Part shown: in pieces, positions 46,096 through 56,544 of the stretch | Numbering within the stretch: position 1 is the stretch's first letter | Layout: each line of letters starts with the position of its first letter | Origin: Candidatus Aminicenantes bacterium | GTDB lineage: Bacteria > Acidobacteriota > Aminicenantia > Aminicenantales > UBA8522 | Direction: 5' to 3' | DNA length: 64,000 nt | Assembly (NCBI GenBank): GCA_037444845.1 | Contig: JBBILQ010000008.1 | Coordinates: 385-64,384, forward strand | The notes under the pieces: model-generated | Seen by the model: only the letters and a program-made list of their open reading frames with translations | Databases searched by the model: none | Told to the model about the DNA's origin: nothing | Program-made: the position numbers and the translations under genes

Positions 46096-47604
46096 ATGAG
46101 CCGTATGTTCAAAAAAATTTTGATCGCTAACCGTGGCGAGATCGCTGTCCGGGTCATCCGCGCCTGCCGAGAGATGGACATCATCCCAGCGACTGTCTAT
46201 TCGGCTGCGGACCGCCGGGCCCTTCATGTAAGACTTGCAGAGGAGGCTTATGACATAGGGGACGCCAAGCCAGCGGAGAGTTATCTCAACATCGAGAAGA
46301 TTGTGGACGTAGCCAGACGCTGCGGAGCTGAAGCCATTCACCCCGGCTACGGCTTCCTGGCCGAAAACCCAAGGTTCGTCAAGATGTGCGAGGAAAAAGG
46401 AATCGTCTTTATCGGACCTCCCTCAAAACCCATGGAAACAATGGGCGAGAAAACGTCCTCACGCCGGGTTATGCTCGAGGCTGGAGTGCCGATTATCCCC
46501 GGGACTCTTGAATCGATCAAGGATGAACCTGATGTCAAGAAGCGAGCCCGGGAAGTGGGTTTTCCGCTCCTTCTCAAAGCCTCAGCAGGTGGAGGAGGCA
46601 AAGGATTGAGGCTGGTAAGGGAGGAAAGCGACCTGCTTTCCGCCTTCAAGCTGGCACAGTCGGAAGCCCTGTCCAGCTTCGGCGACCCGACCGTCTACAT
46701 CGAGAAATACATCGAAGAGCCTCATCACATTGAAATCCAGATTCTGGCCGATCATCATCGCCATGTCGTTTATTTGGGAGAACGAGAATGTTCCATGCAA
46801 CGGCGCTACCAGAAGGTCCTGGAAGAGACGCCATCCCCGTTTCTTGATGAAAGAACGCGCCGGGCCATGGGCGAGACGGCAGTGAAAGCAGCAGTTAGCA
46901 TCGGCTACCGGAATGCCGGGACGGTCGAGTTTATCGTTGATAGAGAAAGAAATTTCTATTTTTTGGAGATGAACGCCCGGCTTCAGGTGGAACATCCGAT
47001 CACCGAGATGGTGACGGGCATCGATCTGGTGAAATGCCAGGTTGAGATTGCGGCCGGGAAGGCGTTGCCGTTCGCGCAGGAAGAGATCAGACCTCAGGGG
47101 TTTTCTATCGAATGCCGGATCATGGCGGAGGACCCTTTCAACGGCTTCATGCCTTCACCGGGAAAGATTATCTTCCTCCACACGCCGGCCGGACTGGGAG
47201 TGAGGGATGACAGCGGCGTTTACGAAGGTTACGAGGTTCCGCTGGATTATGACCCGCTCCTCTCCAAGCTCATCACCTGGGGAAAGACAAGAGAGGAGGC
47301 CATCCGCCGGATGCTGCGGGCGCTGGCAGAATACCAGGTTTACGGCATCAAGACGACCATCCCGTTTTTTAAAAGAATCCTTCTCCACCCGCAATTCTTG
47401 GCCGGCCGGTATAACACCCATTTCATCGCTGACCTCGAGAGAGAATCGGATAGAGAAAACCCCGAAGAAGAGACGGCCGCTCTGATCGCGGCTGGGGTTA
47501 AGAGCTATCGGGATTCTCAAGGCCTTGCCGGGCCGCCGGCCAAGGGCAAAGAGAACCCGTGGAAAATCCAGGGAAGGATCCAGAACTTGGCCAACAGGTT
47601 GTGA
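46096..47604 (+). CDS. accC: Biotin carboxylase subunit
   Basis: ANRGEIA, HPGYGFLAEN, GGGGKG, ERECSMQRR, EMNARLQVEH. Confidence 0.93.
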   Translation: MSRMFKKILIANRGEIAVRVIRACREMDIIPATVYSAADRRALHVRLAEEAYDIGDAKPAESYLNIEKIVDVARRCGAEAIHPGYGFLAENPRFVKMCEEKGIVFIGPPSKPMETMGEKTSSRRVMLEAGVPIIPGTLESIKDEPDVKKRAREVGFPLLLKASAGGGGKGLRLVREESDLLSAFKLAQSEALSSFGDPTVYIEKYIEEPHHIEIQILADHHRHVVYLGERECSMQRRYQKVLEETPSPFLDERTRRAMGETAVKAAVSIGYRNAGTVEFIVDRERNFYFLEMNARLQVEHPITEMVTGIDLVKCQVEIAAGKALPFAQEEIRPQGFSIECRIMAEDPFNGFMPSPGKIIFLHTPAGLGVRDDSGVYEGYEVPLDYDPLLSKLITWGKTREEAIRRMLRALAEYQVYGIKTTIPFFKRILLHPQFLAGRYNTHFIADLERESDRENPEEETAALIAAGVKSYRDSQGLAGPPAKGKENPWKIQGRIQNLANRL

Positions 47605-47605
47605 G

Positions 47606-48097
47606 ATGAACTTTTCATTCTGGCTGGAACAGAAGGAATACAGAATCAACGTCGAAGAGAGGGCTAAACATAACCTTCGTGTTGCTGTTAATGAGAAAGG
47701 CTTCGATGTCTCGGTTGATTGCATCGGCAAAAATGAGCTTCTCCTGAAAATAGACGGCCGAGTCTACAACGTTGTCGTCAACTCCGATTCTCTCTCCCAT
47801 TCGGTCTATGTCAACGGCAGGCTGTTCAAGATCGAGAAGCGGTCAGCGCTTGAAATCCTGAAGGGAGAGAAGGGAAGGTCGAAGAAAAGAGAAATCAAAA
47901 TCAGCATGCCCGGCCGGGTCGTTCAGGTCATCGCCCAAGAAGGGGAGGAGGTCCAAGAAGGCCAGGCCATTCTGGTCCTCGAGGCGATGAAAATGCAGAA
48001 CGAAATCAAATCTCCTCAAGCGGGAAAAATCAGCCAGATCCGTGTCCAAGCCGGGGATTATGTCGAGGCAGGCGCCGTTCTTTTTGATGTTGAATGA
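47606..48097 (+). CDS. Biotin carboxyl carrier protein
   Basis: EAMKMQNE biotinylation motif. Confidence 0.9.
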   Translation: MNFSFWLEQKEYRINVEERAKHNLRVAVNEKGFDVSVDCIGKNELLLKIDGRVYNVVVNSDSLSHSVYVNGRLFKIEKRSALEILKGEKGRSKKREIKISMPGRVVQVIAQEGEEVQEGQAILVLEAMKMQNEIKSPQAGKISQIRVQAGDYVEAGAVLFDVE

Positions 48098-48177
48098 ATG
48101 GCCTGCCCGCGGCCTGCTTTTAGGGGGAGAAAATTTATTTTTTAAGCTGATAGTGGTATATTGAATAACGCTCCAAT

Positions 48178-51100
48178 ATGACCAAAAAAAGGCTCCGGGC
48201 TCTTGTCGCCTTCATCGTTTTGGCGGTCATCCTGCTCAGCGGGGGAATTTATCTCCGCAATTTTTTTCTCTCTCAAGCGAGGAAAAGAATCCAGTCTGTG
48301 GTTAACTATGAGCAGGCCCATCTCAGGTTTTTTCCTCTTTCGGTTGTCCTCGATAATGTCCAGACCGTCTCTCCATCTCCCTTTTTTTCGGCCAAGCGGA
48401 TAGTTGTTGAGCTTCCCTTTGCCTCACTGTTCAAGAGTGAAAAGCCACTGACGATCTCCATCGACCAGCCGGTCGTCCGGGTCATGGCCGGAGCAACCGA
48501 GCCTGGACACGGCCGCACGGCCGGGATTTCGCTGAGCCTCCCTTTTGCTCTTGAAAGAGCTCTTCTCAGAGGAGGAGAGTTCTATTACGGAGGGGCTAAC
48601 GTCCAGTTTCAGGCTGGAGGAATCCAGGCTCTTCTCCAGCGAAAGGGAGAAGGCTTTTCTTTGAGGATGGAAATCGATCACAGTTCTCTCCTGCTTAATC
48701 CGGACAGGATGCCTCTCCGGGGAAAGATGAAGCTGAATCTTGAGAACAGGGGAAACAGACTCCTCGTGAACAGGTTCGTCCTGGACGGCCCTGAAGTCAT
48801 CATTAAGGCGAAAGGAACCCTGACAAACCCGCGCAACCCAGAGGGGACTCTTCAGGTTTCATTCAAGACAGGGATGGATGCCCTGTCTGGGATTCTTAAA
48901 ATTCCTTTCCGCTGGAAGGGAAGGACTGAAGGCAGAGGAGAGATCGTCAGGGTAAAGGATGAGATCACATACACGACGTCCTTTTCGAGCGAAAGCTTAC
49001 GGTTGAACGAAATTCCTCTGGAGAAGGCGCGGGGACGTGTTGTCTACGCGTTGAAGAGCGGCTTTTCCGTGGACATGGCGATCCTGAAAAAGTCGGGGCT
49101 GCGGGAGGAAATAAGAATCAGGTCTGAAGCAGGAAAAACGAGCGGAGACTTGAGAGGTTTTCACCTCGATCCTGTGCTTTCTTATTTCTTCCTGCCTTGG
49201 CCGGTCCGCTCAGCCGTCTGGGGGAACTTTAGCATAGACGACAGACAGCTCGTTGCAGATTTTGAATTCAGGGAGGAAGCTTTCACGGTCGAGGCTGAAA
49301 GGTATCCGTTTCGGGGGCCGGCTCGATTCACCTGGGACAGGAAGCGGGATATAGCCTTCTCGCTTCCTCGGCTGGAGACGAGCTTTGGCCTGATGGATGT
49401 TAACGGGAAGGTGTCTGTTGGCGGTCCCATCGATGTATCAATCAAGGGCGATTTTACCGATGTCAAGATGGCTCGCGAGTTTACTTCTGTCGTGATGTCA
49501 AACCCGTTCAACATACCTGAGATCAGGGGAGCGGGCAGCGTCACGACGCAGATCGGCGGGACTTACTCCGATCCCCGGGTGAGGCTGGATTTCGTCCTAT
49601 CGCCCGCCGGCTTCGCTAATTTCGACCTCGCCTCTTGCCAGGGATTTGTTGAGCTGGTTCAGGGCGCGACGGCTGGGCAGGTCAGGTTTGATGACCCTTC
49701 CTACAGAGGAGAGCTCACCCTTCTTTCAAACCCGAACGAGCTTGATGTCCAAATCAAACTGGCCGAAGGAGCTGCGGAGAAAATTCTCCCTCGCCTGAAC
49801 ATCGGACTTCCTCTTCGAGGAGCGACTTCCGGGTATTTCCGGGTTAGCCAAAAGGATCGGACCTTTCGGGTTGAAGGAAGGTTTTCCAGCTCCCGGATGA
49901 AGTTCGGGTTTGCAGACCTCAGGTCAGTGGCGGGAAGGTTAAGTTGGGAGGACGGGATTTTCTCTTTTCCCGAGCTTGCTTTCGATTTTTATGGCGGCAA
50001 AGTTAAAAATATATCACGCCTGGATTTTGCCAAAGGCCTTATTGAGATCAATCTGGCCGCGGAAAACCTGGACCTTTCGTCCATCAGTCGGCGGCTGGCG
50101 GGACAAATTTCTTTTGACTTTCAGGGCCAGGGGAGGCTCGGTGGAGAAATTGCATCGGGCAGGCTGGGCGTCAGGAACTTGCACTGCGCGCCCCTTCAAA
50201 CCATGGAGGCTGAGGGTGAGCTCAAGCTGAGCGTTGCCGACAGGATCATTGGCTTAAAGGTCAAGGGAAATTTCTTGCCCGGACAAAACGATTTTTCTGT
50301 CGAGGCAGGAATTCCCTTGTCTGGAGAAAACATTTCTTTTGACATCAAGGGCGGTTTTTCCAACCTCGACCTGTTGCTGCCCTGGAAGGGAGTTATGGGC
50401 AAGGTCAACTATCTGGCTGAAGTCCGCGGCCTTCCCGCTTCCCCGCGCCTGGACGGGGCTGCAGATTTTCAGGGACCTCTCCTTCCCTTCCCCCGGTTTG
50501 CTCAGGCCCTGACCGACTACACAGGTCTCGTTTTTGTTCAGAATAATAGAGTTTCGGTCCGTTCCTTCAAGGCGAAGTTAGGAGGAGGAAACCTCCAGGG
50601 CGCGGGAGAGATCCTGCTGGGGAAACGAGGGGTTGACAGTATCCGCTTTAATCTCGACGGCGAGGATTTGTTGCTTTCCCCGCTGGAGAGAACGAGGGTG
50701 CTGGCCGATGCCTCGTTGAGGCTGGTCAAGGATAACGGCCGCTTCGTTTTGGAGGGGAATATTGATACGGAAAAGCTTTCCTGGCGCCGGGAAATCTTTG
50801 AAAAGCTGGCTTTTTCCTCGAGTCCCTATCCCGAGACGGGAAGGGAGCCGGGCATTTTTGATGATCTCACGCTCAATATCCGGCTGAAGGCAGAGGATAA
50901 TGCGTGGATGGAAAACTCCTTGGGTCGGATTAGAGGTCGGTTTGATCTGACGGTCACAGGGAGCGTCAAAGCGCCGATCGTCTTAGGTGAAATAGAGGCT
51001 CTTGGAGGAGAAGCGTATTTTCAGGACAGAAAATTTCAGGTCCTGAGGGGACGCGTCAGCTTCTACAACCCGGCTGCGATGGAGCCCTACCTCAATTTCC

Positions 51101-51585
51101 GGTGTGAAACGCACGTCAAGGATTTCCGGGTGACACTCAACCTGACGGGCCTTGCCAGTCAGGTCAGGCCCGAGTTTGCTTCCTCTCCTCCTTTGCCCCC
51201 GGAGGATGTTTTGGCCCTGCTGGCTTTGGGAGAGGCATTTAAGAGGCCGTACTCCACGGAAACCAGCGCCCAGATGAGCACGGCCTCGTTGTTGTCTTTC
51301 GAGCTCACGGAAGAGGCCCAGAAACGGGCGGAAAGACTTTTCAGCCTGGACCGGTTTCGGATCGACCCTTTTCTCATGGGCTCCTCGGCAGAGATGACCG
51401 CTCGCCTGACCGTGGGGAAGAAGATTTCGCGCGACTTCTCCATCTATTATTCGACAAATTTAACCAGGCAGACAGAAGAGATTGTCCGCCTGGAATGGGA
51501 CCTGAGTAACGAATTTTCTTTAGTGGGCACGCGAAATGAATTGGGAAGAATCAGCTTTGACTTCAAAATCCGAAAAAGATTTTAG
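48178..51585 (+). CDS. tamB: Translocation and assembly module TamB
   Basis: N-terminal TM, long beta-taco repeats, C-terminal DUF490-like region (GEIEALGG, RLTVGKKIS). Confidence 0.88.
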   Translation: MTKKRLRALVAFIVLAVILLSGGIYLRNFFLSQARKRIQSVVNYEQAHLRFFPLSVVLDNVQTVSPSPFFSAKRIVVELPFASLFKSEKPLTISIDQPVVRVMAGATEPGHGRTAGISLSLPFALERALLRGGEFYYGGANVQFQAGGIQALLQRKGEGFSLRMEIDHSSLLLNPDRMPLRGKMKLNLENRGNRLLVNRFVLDGPEVIIKAKGTLTNPRNPEGTLQVSFKTGMDALSGILKIPFRWKGRTEGRGEIVRVKDEITYTTSFSSESLRLNEIPLEKARGRVVYALKSGFSVDMAILKKSGLREEIRIRSEAGKTSGDLRGFHLDPVLSYFFLPWPVRSAVWGNFSIDDRQLVADFEFREEAFTVEAERYPFRGPARFTWDRKRDIAFSLPRLETSFGLMDVNGKVSVGGPIDVSIKGDFTDVKMAREFTSVVMSNPFNIPEIRGAGSVTTQIGGTYSDPRVRLDFVLSPAGFANFDLASCQGFVELVQGATAGQVRFDDPSYRGELTLLSNPNELDVQIKLAEGAAEKILPRLNIGLPLRGATSGYFRVSQKDRTFRVEGRFSSSRMKFGFADLRSVAGRLSWEDGIFSFPELAFDFYGGKVKNISRLDFAKGLIEINLAAENLDLSSISRRLAGQISFDFQGQGRLGGEIASGRLGVRNLHCAPLQTMEAEGELKLSVADRIIGLKVKGNFLPGQNDFSVEAGIPLSGENISFDIKGGFSNLDLLLPWKGVMGKVNYLAEVRGLPASPRLDGAADFQGPLLPFPRFAQALTDYTGLVFVQNNRVSVRSFKAKLGGGNLQGAGEILLGKRGVDSIRFNLDGEDLLLSPLERTRVLADASLRLVKDNGRFVLEGNIDTEKLSWRREIFEKLAFSSSPYPETGREPGIFDDLTLNIRLKAEDNAWMENSLGRIRGRFDLTVTGSVKAPIVLGEIEALGGEAYFQDRKFQVLRGRVSFYNPAAMEPYLNFRCETHVKDFRVTLNLTGLASQVRPEFASSPPLPPEDVLALLALGEAFKRPYSTETSAQMSTASLLSFELTEEAQKRAERLFSLDRFRIDPFLMGSSAEMTARLTVGKKISRDFSIYYSTNLTRQTEEIVRLEWDLSNEFSLVGTRNELGRISFDFKIRKRF

Positions 51586-54334
51586 GGGCCAAGACGGGAA
51601 CCTTCGGGTCTTCTTGGCCCATCTCAGCGCGGCTTCGTTTATCCTGTTTTTTCTTCTTTCCTTCGCGTTCGCCCAGAAGAACGAGCCCCCGCTTATCTCG
51701 GGAGTTGAGGTCTGGGTCGATGACCTTCCCGCCAGCGACGAACTGAGGGGTTTGATCTCAGCTAAAGAAGGAGAACCGTATTCCTTAAAGACCGTCACCG
51801 AGAATGTCAAACAAGTCTGGAAGGCGGGCCTTTTTTCGGATGTCCACGTGATCAAGATTGGTGAAGATCCGGTCCTGTTGAAGTTCATGCTGACGAGAAG
51901 GCTTCATGTTCGGGAAATCCACTTCCGAGGTCCCAAAAGCTTATCCGGGAGGAAGCTAAAAGAGAATTTGTATTCATTTCGCTCAGACAGCGCGTTTTCA
52001 GAAGAAAAACTCGTTCGGGCACAAGAAGAGTTGAAAAGAGCTCTGAAACAGGAAGGCTATTTCCAACCAGACGTGAAAACGGCGGTGAGAAGGCGGCCGG
52101 ACGTCCCTGAGGTGGACGTGACGTTCACGATCTCTGCCGGAGAAATGTTTATCATCAGGAATATTGACATTGTCGATGCCGGAGGCATCCCCGCAGGAGA
52201 GATCAAGAAGAAGATGAAAAGCCGGGAAGGAGATGTCTACATCCCATCGCGGTTGGAGGGCGACCTCATCAGGCTCAAAGACCTCTATTTTTCGCGTGGA
52301 TACAGACGGGCGGAAGTCAATCTGGCAGAGGAAAAATTCGACCAAGCCACGAGATCCGTCGACCTTGGGCTGAAAATAACTCCCAACGAACGGATCGAGG
52401 TTGTCATCAAAGGAGCGGAGATACCCGTAAGCCTTGTCGAACCGATATGGGAGGAAAGGATTTTTGAAGAGTGGGGAGTGACTGAAGGAGAGTCCAGAAT
52501 CCTGACCTACCTGAGAGACAAGGGATTCATCTTTGCTTCGGTGACGTCGTCGGTCGAAAAGACGGAATCAGAGATCCGGGTTATTCATTTAGTCAACTCC
52601 GGCCAAAAACATAAGATCAAGGAAATCCGGTTTGAGGGGGTTCATTATTTTACGCCCGACGAAATAAAGGAAGAGTTGGGCATTGTCGAGCGTATCCTTC
52701 TGTTCCGGCTGCTTGACGGGAAAAGAGTCTTTGAGCTGCCGGGTGACATCCGGTCTTTTTACCAATCCCGGGGTTTTGCCGATGTCCAGGTCGATTTACA
52801 TTTTGTCAGGGGAGATAAGGATTTGACGGCTGTTTTTTATGTCCACGAAGGAAAGCAGCAGATCATTAAAGAAATCGCCATCAGGGGGGCGGTTTTATTC
52901 GAACAGGAGACGCTCAGGAGTCAAATCAGCCTGGTTGAGGGCGGTCCCTATTTCCCGCCTGATGTTCAGAGGGAAGTCCAGAAACTGGAAGTATTTTACC
53001 AGAATGAGGGAGTCAGGGGCACCATAATCGAGGCTCAAGCCGAAGGTTTGGAAGACAATCTTTTCCGGGTTGTCTTGAATATCCAGGAAGGACGCCGGAC
53101 AAGAATCGGGAACCTCATCATTTCCGGGAACTCCGTCACCAAGATGAGCGCGATTCTAAGAGAACTGAAGTTTCAAGAAGGCGATTATGCCTCTTATGGC
53201 TCGATCGTTGCCTCCAAGCGAAACCTGGAAAACCTTGGCATTTTTTCGGAAGTAAAAATCGAAGAGATTCCGATAGCCGGCGAAAAGGAGAGCCTGGTCA
53301 TCACGGTTCGCGAAGGGGAGAGAAACTATGTCGGTCTGGGAGTGGGGATCGAGACCAAGAATGAGCCATGGAAGTCTGCTCTTTTTGACGTCAGTCTCAG
53401 GCCGAGAGGAACGGCTGAGTTCATGAGGAGCAATGTTTTCGGCAGGGCGGCCCATCTCAGCTTTGTCAGCCAGTTCAGCCTGGCTGAAAAAAGGGCGGTC
53501 ATCACCTGGGAACAGCCGTACTTCCTTTTTGATTTTCCTCTTGAGACGTACATGAACGCCTGGATAGAAGAAGAGGATCGGCAGAGTTTCGGGCTCGAAC
53601 GGGAAGGTCTCAGCCTGTCGTGGATAAAATCCGTCTCCCCTCACATGACCTTGCTGGCCACTCTGAGATATGCCAGGACAACGCTGACTTACTTGAAAAT
53701 AACTCCTTCTCAAATTGACCGCCAGTTCTATCCCTATTCGACGACATCGGTATTTTCAAGTTTCATCCGGGAGAAGAGGAACGACCCGTTTAACCCGGAA
53801 ACAGGGCATTTTTCCAGCATGGCTTTGGAATGGGCCTTTCCTCTTTTTGAGACAGAATCCGACTTCCTGAAGGCCGTGCTCAAGCATCAGCGCTTTTTTA
53901 GACTCGTCCCCGGAGTGAATTTCAGCTCAACCATTCGTCTGGGTCTCGGCATGGGCAAAATGCCTATCCACGAGCGTTTTTTTGCCGGAGGGAGCAATTC
54001 GTTTCGCGGCGAAGAATTTGATGAACTCGGACCGAAGGACCCTTCTTCGGCCAGGCCGATCGGCGGAAAGGCCGTCCTTTTGCTTAACATCGAACTAACC
54101 TTTCCGATCGTCTCTTCCTTGTCGGATCTGGCAGGGGCTGTTTTTTACGACACGGGCAATGTCTTCTACAACCGAAGCGACTTCGACTTGAAGGACTTTG
54201 AACATGCGCTTGGTCTCGGGTTGCGCTACCGGACTCCGCTCGGGCCGGTGCGCCTTGAACTCGGCTGGAACCTGAGCGATTCCGGCCGAAGAGGAAGGCC
54301 TTTGGCTTTTATCACCATCGGTCATGTTTTCTAA
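51536..54334 (+). CDS. Omp85 family (BamA/TamA) protein with multiple POTRA domains
   Basis: POTRA repeats, ERFFAGGSNSFRG, GLGLRYRTPLGPVRLELG, C-terminal F. Start uncertain (ATG 51536 or TTG 51614). Confidence 0.92.
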   Translation: MNWEESALTSKSEKDFRGQDGNLRVFLAHLSAASFILFFLLSFAFAQKNEPPLISGVEVWVDDLPASDELRGLISAKEGEPYSLKTVTENVKQVWKAGLFSDVHVIKIGEDPVLLKFMLTRRLHVREIHFRGPKSLSGRKLKENLYSFRSDSAFSEEKLVRAQEELKRALKQEGYFQPDVKTAVRRRPDVPEVDVTFTISAGEMFIIRNIDIVDAGGIPAGEIKKKMKSREGDVYIPSRLEGDLIRLKDLYFSRGYRRAEVNLAEEKFDQATRSVDLGLKITPNERIEVVIKGAEIPVSLVEPIWEERIFEEWGVTEGESRILTYLRDKGFIFASVTSSVEKTESEIRVIHLVNSGQKHKIKEIRFEGVHYFTPDEIKEELGIVERILLFRLLDGKRVFELPGDIRSFYQSRGFADVQVDLHFVRGDKDLTAVFYVHEGKQQIIKEIAIRGAVLFEQETLRSQISLVEGGPYFPPDVQREVQKLEVFYQNEGVRGTIIEAQAEGLEDNLFRVVLNIQEGRRTRIGNLIISGNSVTKMSAILRELKFQEGDYASYGSIVASKRNLENLGIFSEVKIEEIPIAGEKESLVITVREGERNYVGLGVGIETKNEPWKSALFDVSLRPRGTAEFMRSNVFGRAAHLSFVSQFSLAEKRAVITWEQPYFLFDFPLETYMNAWIEEEDRQSFGLEREGLSLSWIKSVSPHMTLLATLRYARTTLTYLKITPSQIDRQFYPYSTTSVFSSFIREKRNDPFNPETGHFSSMALEWAFPLFETESDFLKAVLKHQRFFRLVPGVNFSSTIRLGLGMGKMPIHERFFAGGSNSFRGEEFDELGPKDPSSARPIGGKAVLLLNIELTFPIVSSLSDLAGAVFYDTGNVFYNRSDFDLKDFEHALGLGLRYRTPLGPVRLELGWNLSDSGRRGRPLAFITIGHVF

Positions 54335-55010
54335 GAAGAATCTGCTTTTTGCCGGCGTGATCTGCTTGATCTCGTTTATCGTCTCTGTTTCCGGCCCTGG
54401 TTTTTCCCAAGTTGTTGACTGCATCGCGGCCAAAGTCAACGCGGACATTATCACTCTGTCCGACATCAGGATTCTTCTGGCGTTTGGCATCGGGAAGGGA
54501 GAACCCGGGAGGGTGGGCGCCCAGACTCTTCAGCAGACTCTGGAGCAAACGGTCAACAGGAGAGTGGTGATCGAACTCGTCCCGGAGAACATCGTTGTAT
54601 CAGCCGACGAAGTTGACCAACAGCTCCAGAGGTTAAGGGAAAACCTTGACCCCGGGGAATGGCAACAAAAGTTAGATGAGTTTGGGCTAAAAGAAGACGA
54701 TCTAAAAGCGTACTTGAGAGAAGTGCTCGTCTATGATAGAATCATATCCCTTCGTTTCAGCCAAAGCGCTGCAGTCAGTCTCAAGGAGATCGAAAATTAT
54801 TATAAAGACGTTTATCAGCCCGCTCAAAAAGTCAGGGGCGAAGAGCCTAAGCCAATGATCCAAATTCTCGATGACATAGAATCAGAGATCAGGAAGGAAA
54901 AGATGGAGAAACAGATCTCTGTGTGGATAAAGAATCTCCGGCAACAGGCTGAAGTCTCGATCAATCTTCGTTGTCTTGAGCAGGCCTGGCCGCCTGGAGA
55001 AAAGCGATGA
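54324..55010 (+). CDS. SurA N-terminal domain-like periplasmic chaperone
   Basis: Signal peptide, VDCIAAKVNADIITLSD, WIKNLRQQAEV. Confidence 0.75.
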   Translation: MFSKKNLLFAGVICLISFIVSVSGPGFSQVVDCIAAKVNADIITLSDIRILLAFGIGKGEPGRVGAQTLQQTLEQTVNRRVVIELVPENIVVSADEVDQQLQRLRENLDPGEWQQKLDEFGLKEDDLKAYLREVLVYDRIISLRFSQSAAVSLKEIENYYKDVYQPAQKVRGEEPKPMIQILDDIESEIRKEKMEKQISVWIKNLRQQAEVSINLRCLEQAWPPGEKR

Positions 55011-55939
55011 GTCTCGTCGCCTATCTCTTCCCCGGCCAGGGATCGCAAAAGGTGGGCATGGGGAGAGATTTTTTCGAGGGTTCTTCCTTAGCCAGGGAGA
55101 TTTTTGGCCTGGCGGATGACATCCTCGGGTTTAAGATCAGCCAGATTTGTTTTGAAGGTCCGGAAGAGACACTGAGGTTGACTCCCAACACCCAGCCGGC
55201 TCTCCTCACGGTCAGCACCATTGCTTTCCGGATCCTGGAAAGACCTCCGGACATCGCAGCGGGTCACAGCCTGGGTGAGTACTCTGCTCTTGTCGCAGCA
55301 GGCGCCCTGCGGTTTGAGGATGCACTCCGTCTTGTCCATAAACGGGGCTTGTATATGCAGGAGGCTGTTCCTGTGGGAGTGGGAGCCATGGCTGCGCTCG
55401 TCGGGGCTTCATTTGACGACGTCCAAAAGGCCATCGGTCAGGCCAGAAAAGGAGTTGTCGAAATCGCTAACTGGAACAGCCAGGACCAGGTTGTGATTGC
55501 GGGACACAAAGAAGCCGTGGAAGAAACGCTGGGCCTGATCAAAGGAGTGCGGTTCGTGATGCTGCCGGTTAGCGCGCCCTTCCATACGTCCTTGATGAAA
55601 AGCGCCGAGGAGAAGCTGGCCGCAGACTTGGATGCCGTGGAATTCAGGGCCCTGGACTTTCCGGTCATCACCAACGTGGCCGCGAAAATTATCCGTCAGG
55701 CTGAAGAGGCGCGCGAGTCTCTCAAGCGGCAAGTTAGCCGTCCTGTGCTCTGGCACGATTCCATGGTCAAGCTTGGCCAGGAAGGAATGAGGACAGCGGT
55801 TGAAGTGGGACCGGGAAAGGTCTTGGCCGGGTTGATGAAACGGATCAGCCGGGGCTGGCCTCAGCCCCTGACGTTGGTCAACGTCGAAGACCAGGAATCC
55901 CTGGCCCAATGCAGGGAGACCCTGTCAGGTTCGGCTTGA
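55007..55939 (+). CDS. fabD: Malonyl-CoA:ACP transacylase
   Basis: FPGQGSQ, TQPA, GHSLGEY, VSAPFHT. Confidence 0.96.
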   Translation: MSLVAYLFPGQGSQKVGMGRDFFEGSSLAREIFGLADDILGFKISQICFEGPEETLRLTPNTQPALLTVSTIAFRILERPPDIAAGHSLGEYSALVAAGALRFEDALRLVHKRGLYMQEAVPVGVGAMAALVGASFDDVQKAIGQARKGVVEIANWNSQDQVVIAGHKEAVEETLGLIKGVRFVMLPVSAPFHTSLMKSAEEKLAADLDAVEFRALDFPVITNVAAKIIRQAEEARESLKRQVSRPVLWHDSMVKLGQEGMRTAVEVGPGKVLAGLMKRISRGWPQPLTLVNVEDQESLAQCRETLSGSA

Positions 55940-56467
55940 GACGACAGCCCGGCCAAACCTCAAGGAGTATTCCGCAGCTGAAACGACGGCCACCAGGATG
56001 ACCAGCCAGAGCCCAACCCGAGAGAGGATGAAAAGCGGGCCCAGTATTTTCTCCCCTAAAAGCAACAAATAAATCGTGAATGTCTCCAGGATCATCTTGA
56101 TCTTGCCGAGGACAGAGGCCGGGATGTTGATCCCTTTAGATGCAGCCATGGCCCGGAATCCGCTCACGGCCATTTCCCGGCCGATGATAATCACGGCCAT
56201 CCAGGCAGGCACCGCTCCCATCTCAACGAGGCAGATAAGGGCCGAGGCAATCAACAATTTGTCTGCGGTCGGGTCCAGGAGCTGACCCAGAACAGTCGTC
56301 AGCCTTTTTCTTCTGGCCCAGAATCCGTCCAGCATATCCGTGAGGGTGGCGATGAAGAAGATGGCAAAGGAAACAAGCTCTTTTCCCCGGAAGTTCGAAA
56401 GAAGCACGACGACCAGGATGGGGATGGCAGCGATGCGGAGGGATGTCAGAACAAGAGGCGCATTCAT
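55925..56467 (-). CDS. pgsA: CDP-diacylglycerol--glycerol-3-phosphate phosphatidyltransferase
   Basis: TDMLDGFWAR, GQLLDPTADK, GREMAVSGFR. Confidence 0.92.
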   Translation of the reverse strand: MNAPLVLTSLRIAAIPILVVVLLSNFRGKELVSFAIFFIATLTDMLDGFWARRKRLTTVLGQLLDPTADKLLIASALICLVEMGAVPAWMAVIIIGREMAVSGFRAMAASKGINIPASVLGKIKMILETFTIYLLLLGEKILGPLFILSRVGLWLVILVAVVSAAEYSLRFGRAVVSSRT

Positions 56468-56544
56468 TTTTTCGACATATACTATACCCCTTTTGGGTTG
56501 TCAATTTGAAAAAACAGATAGCTCCGGGTATAGTTGGAAAGACG

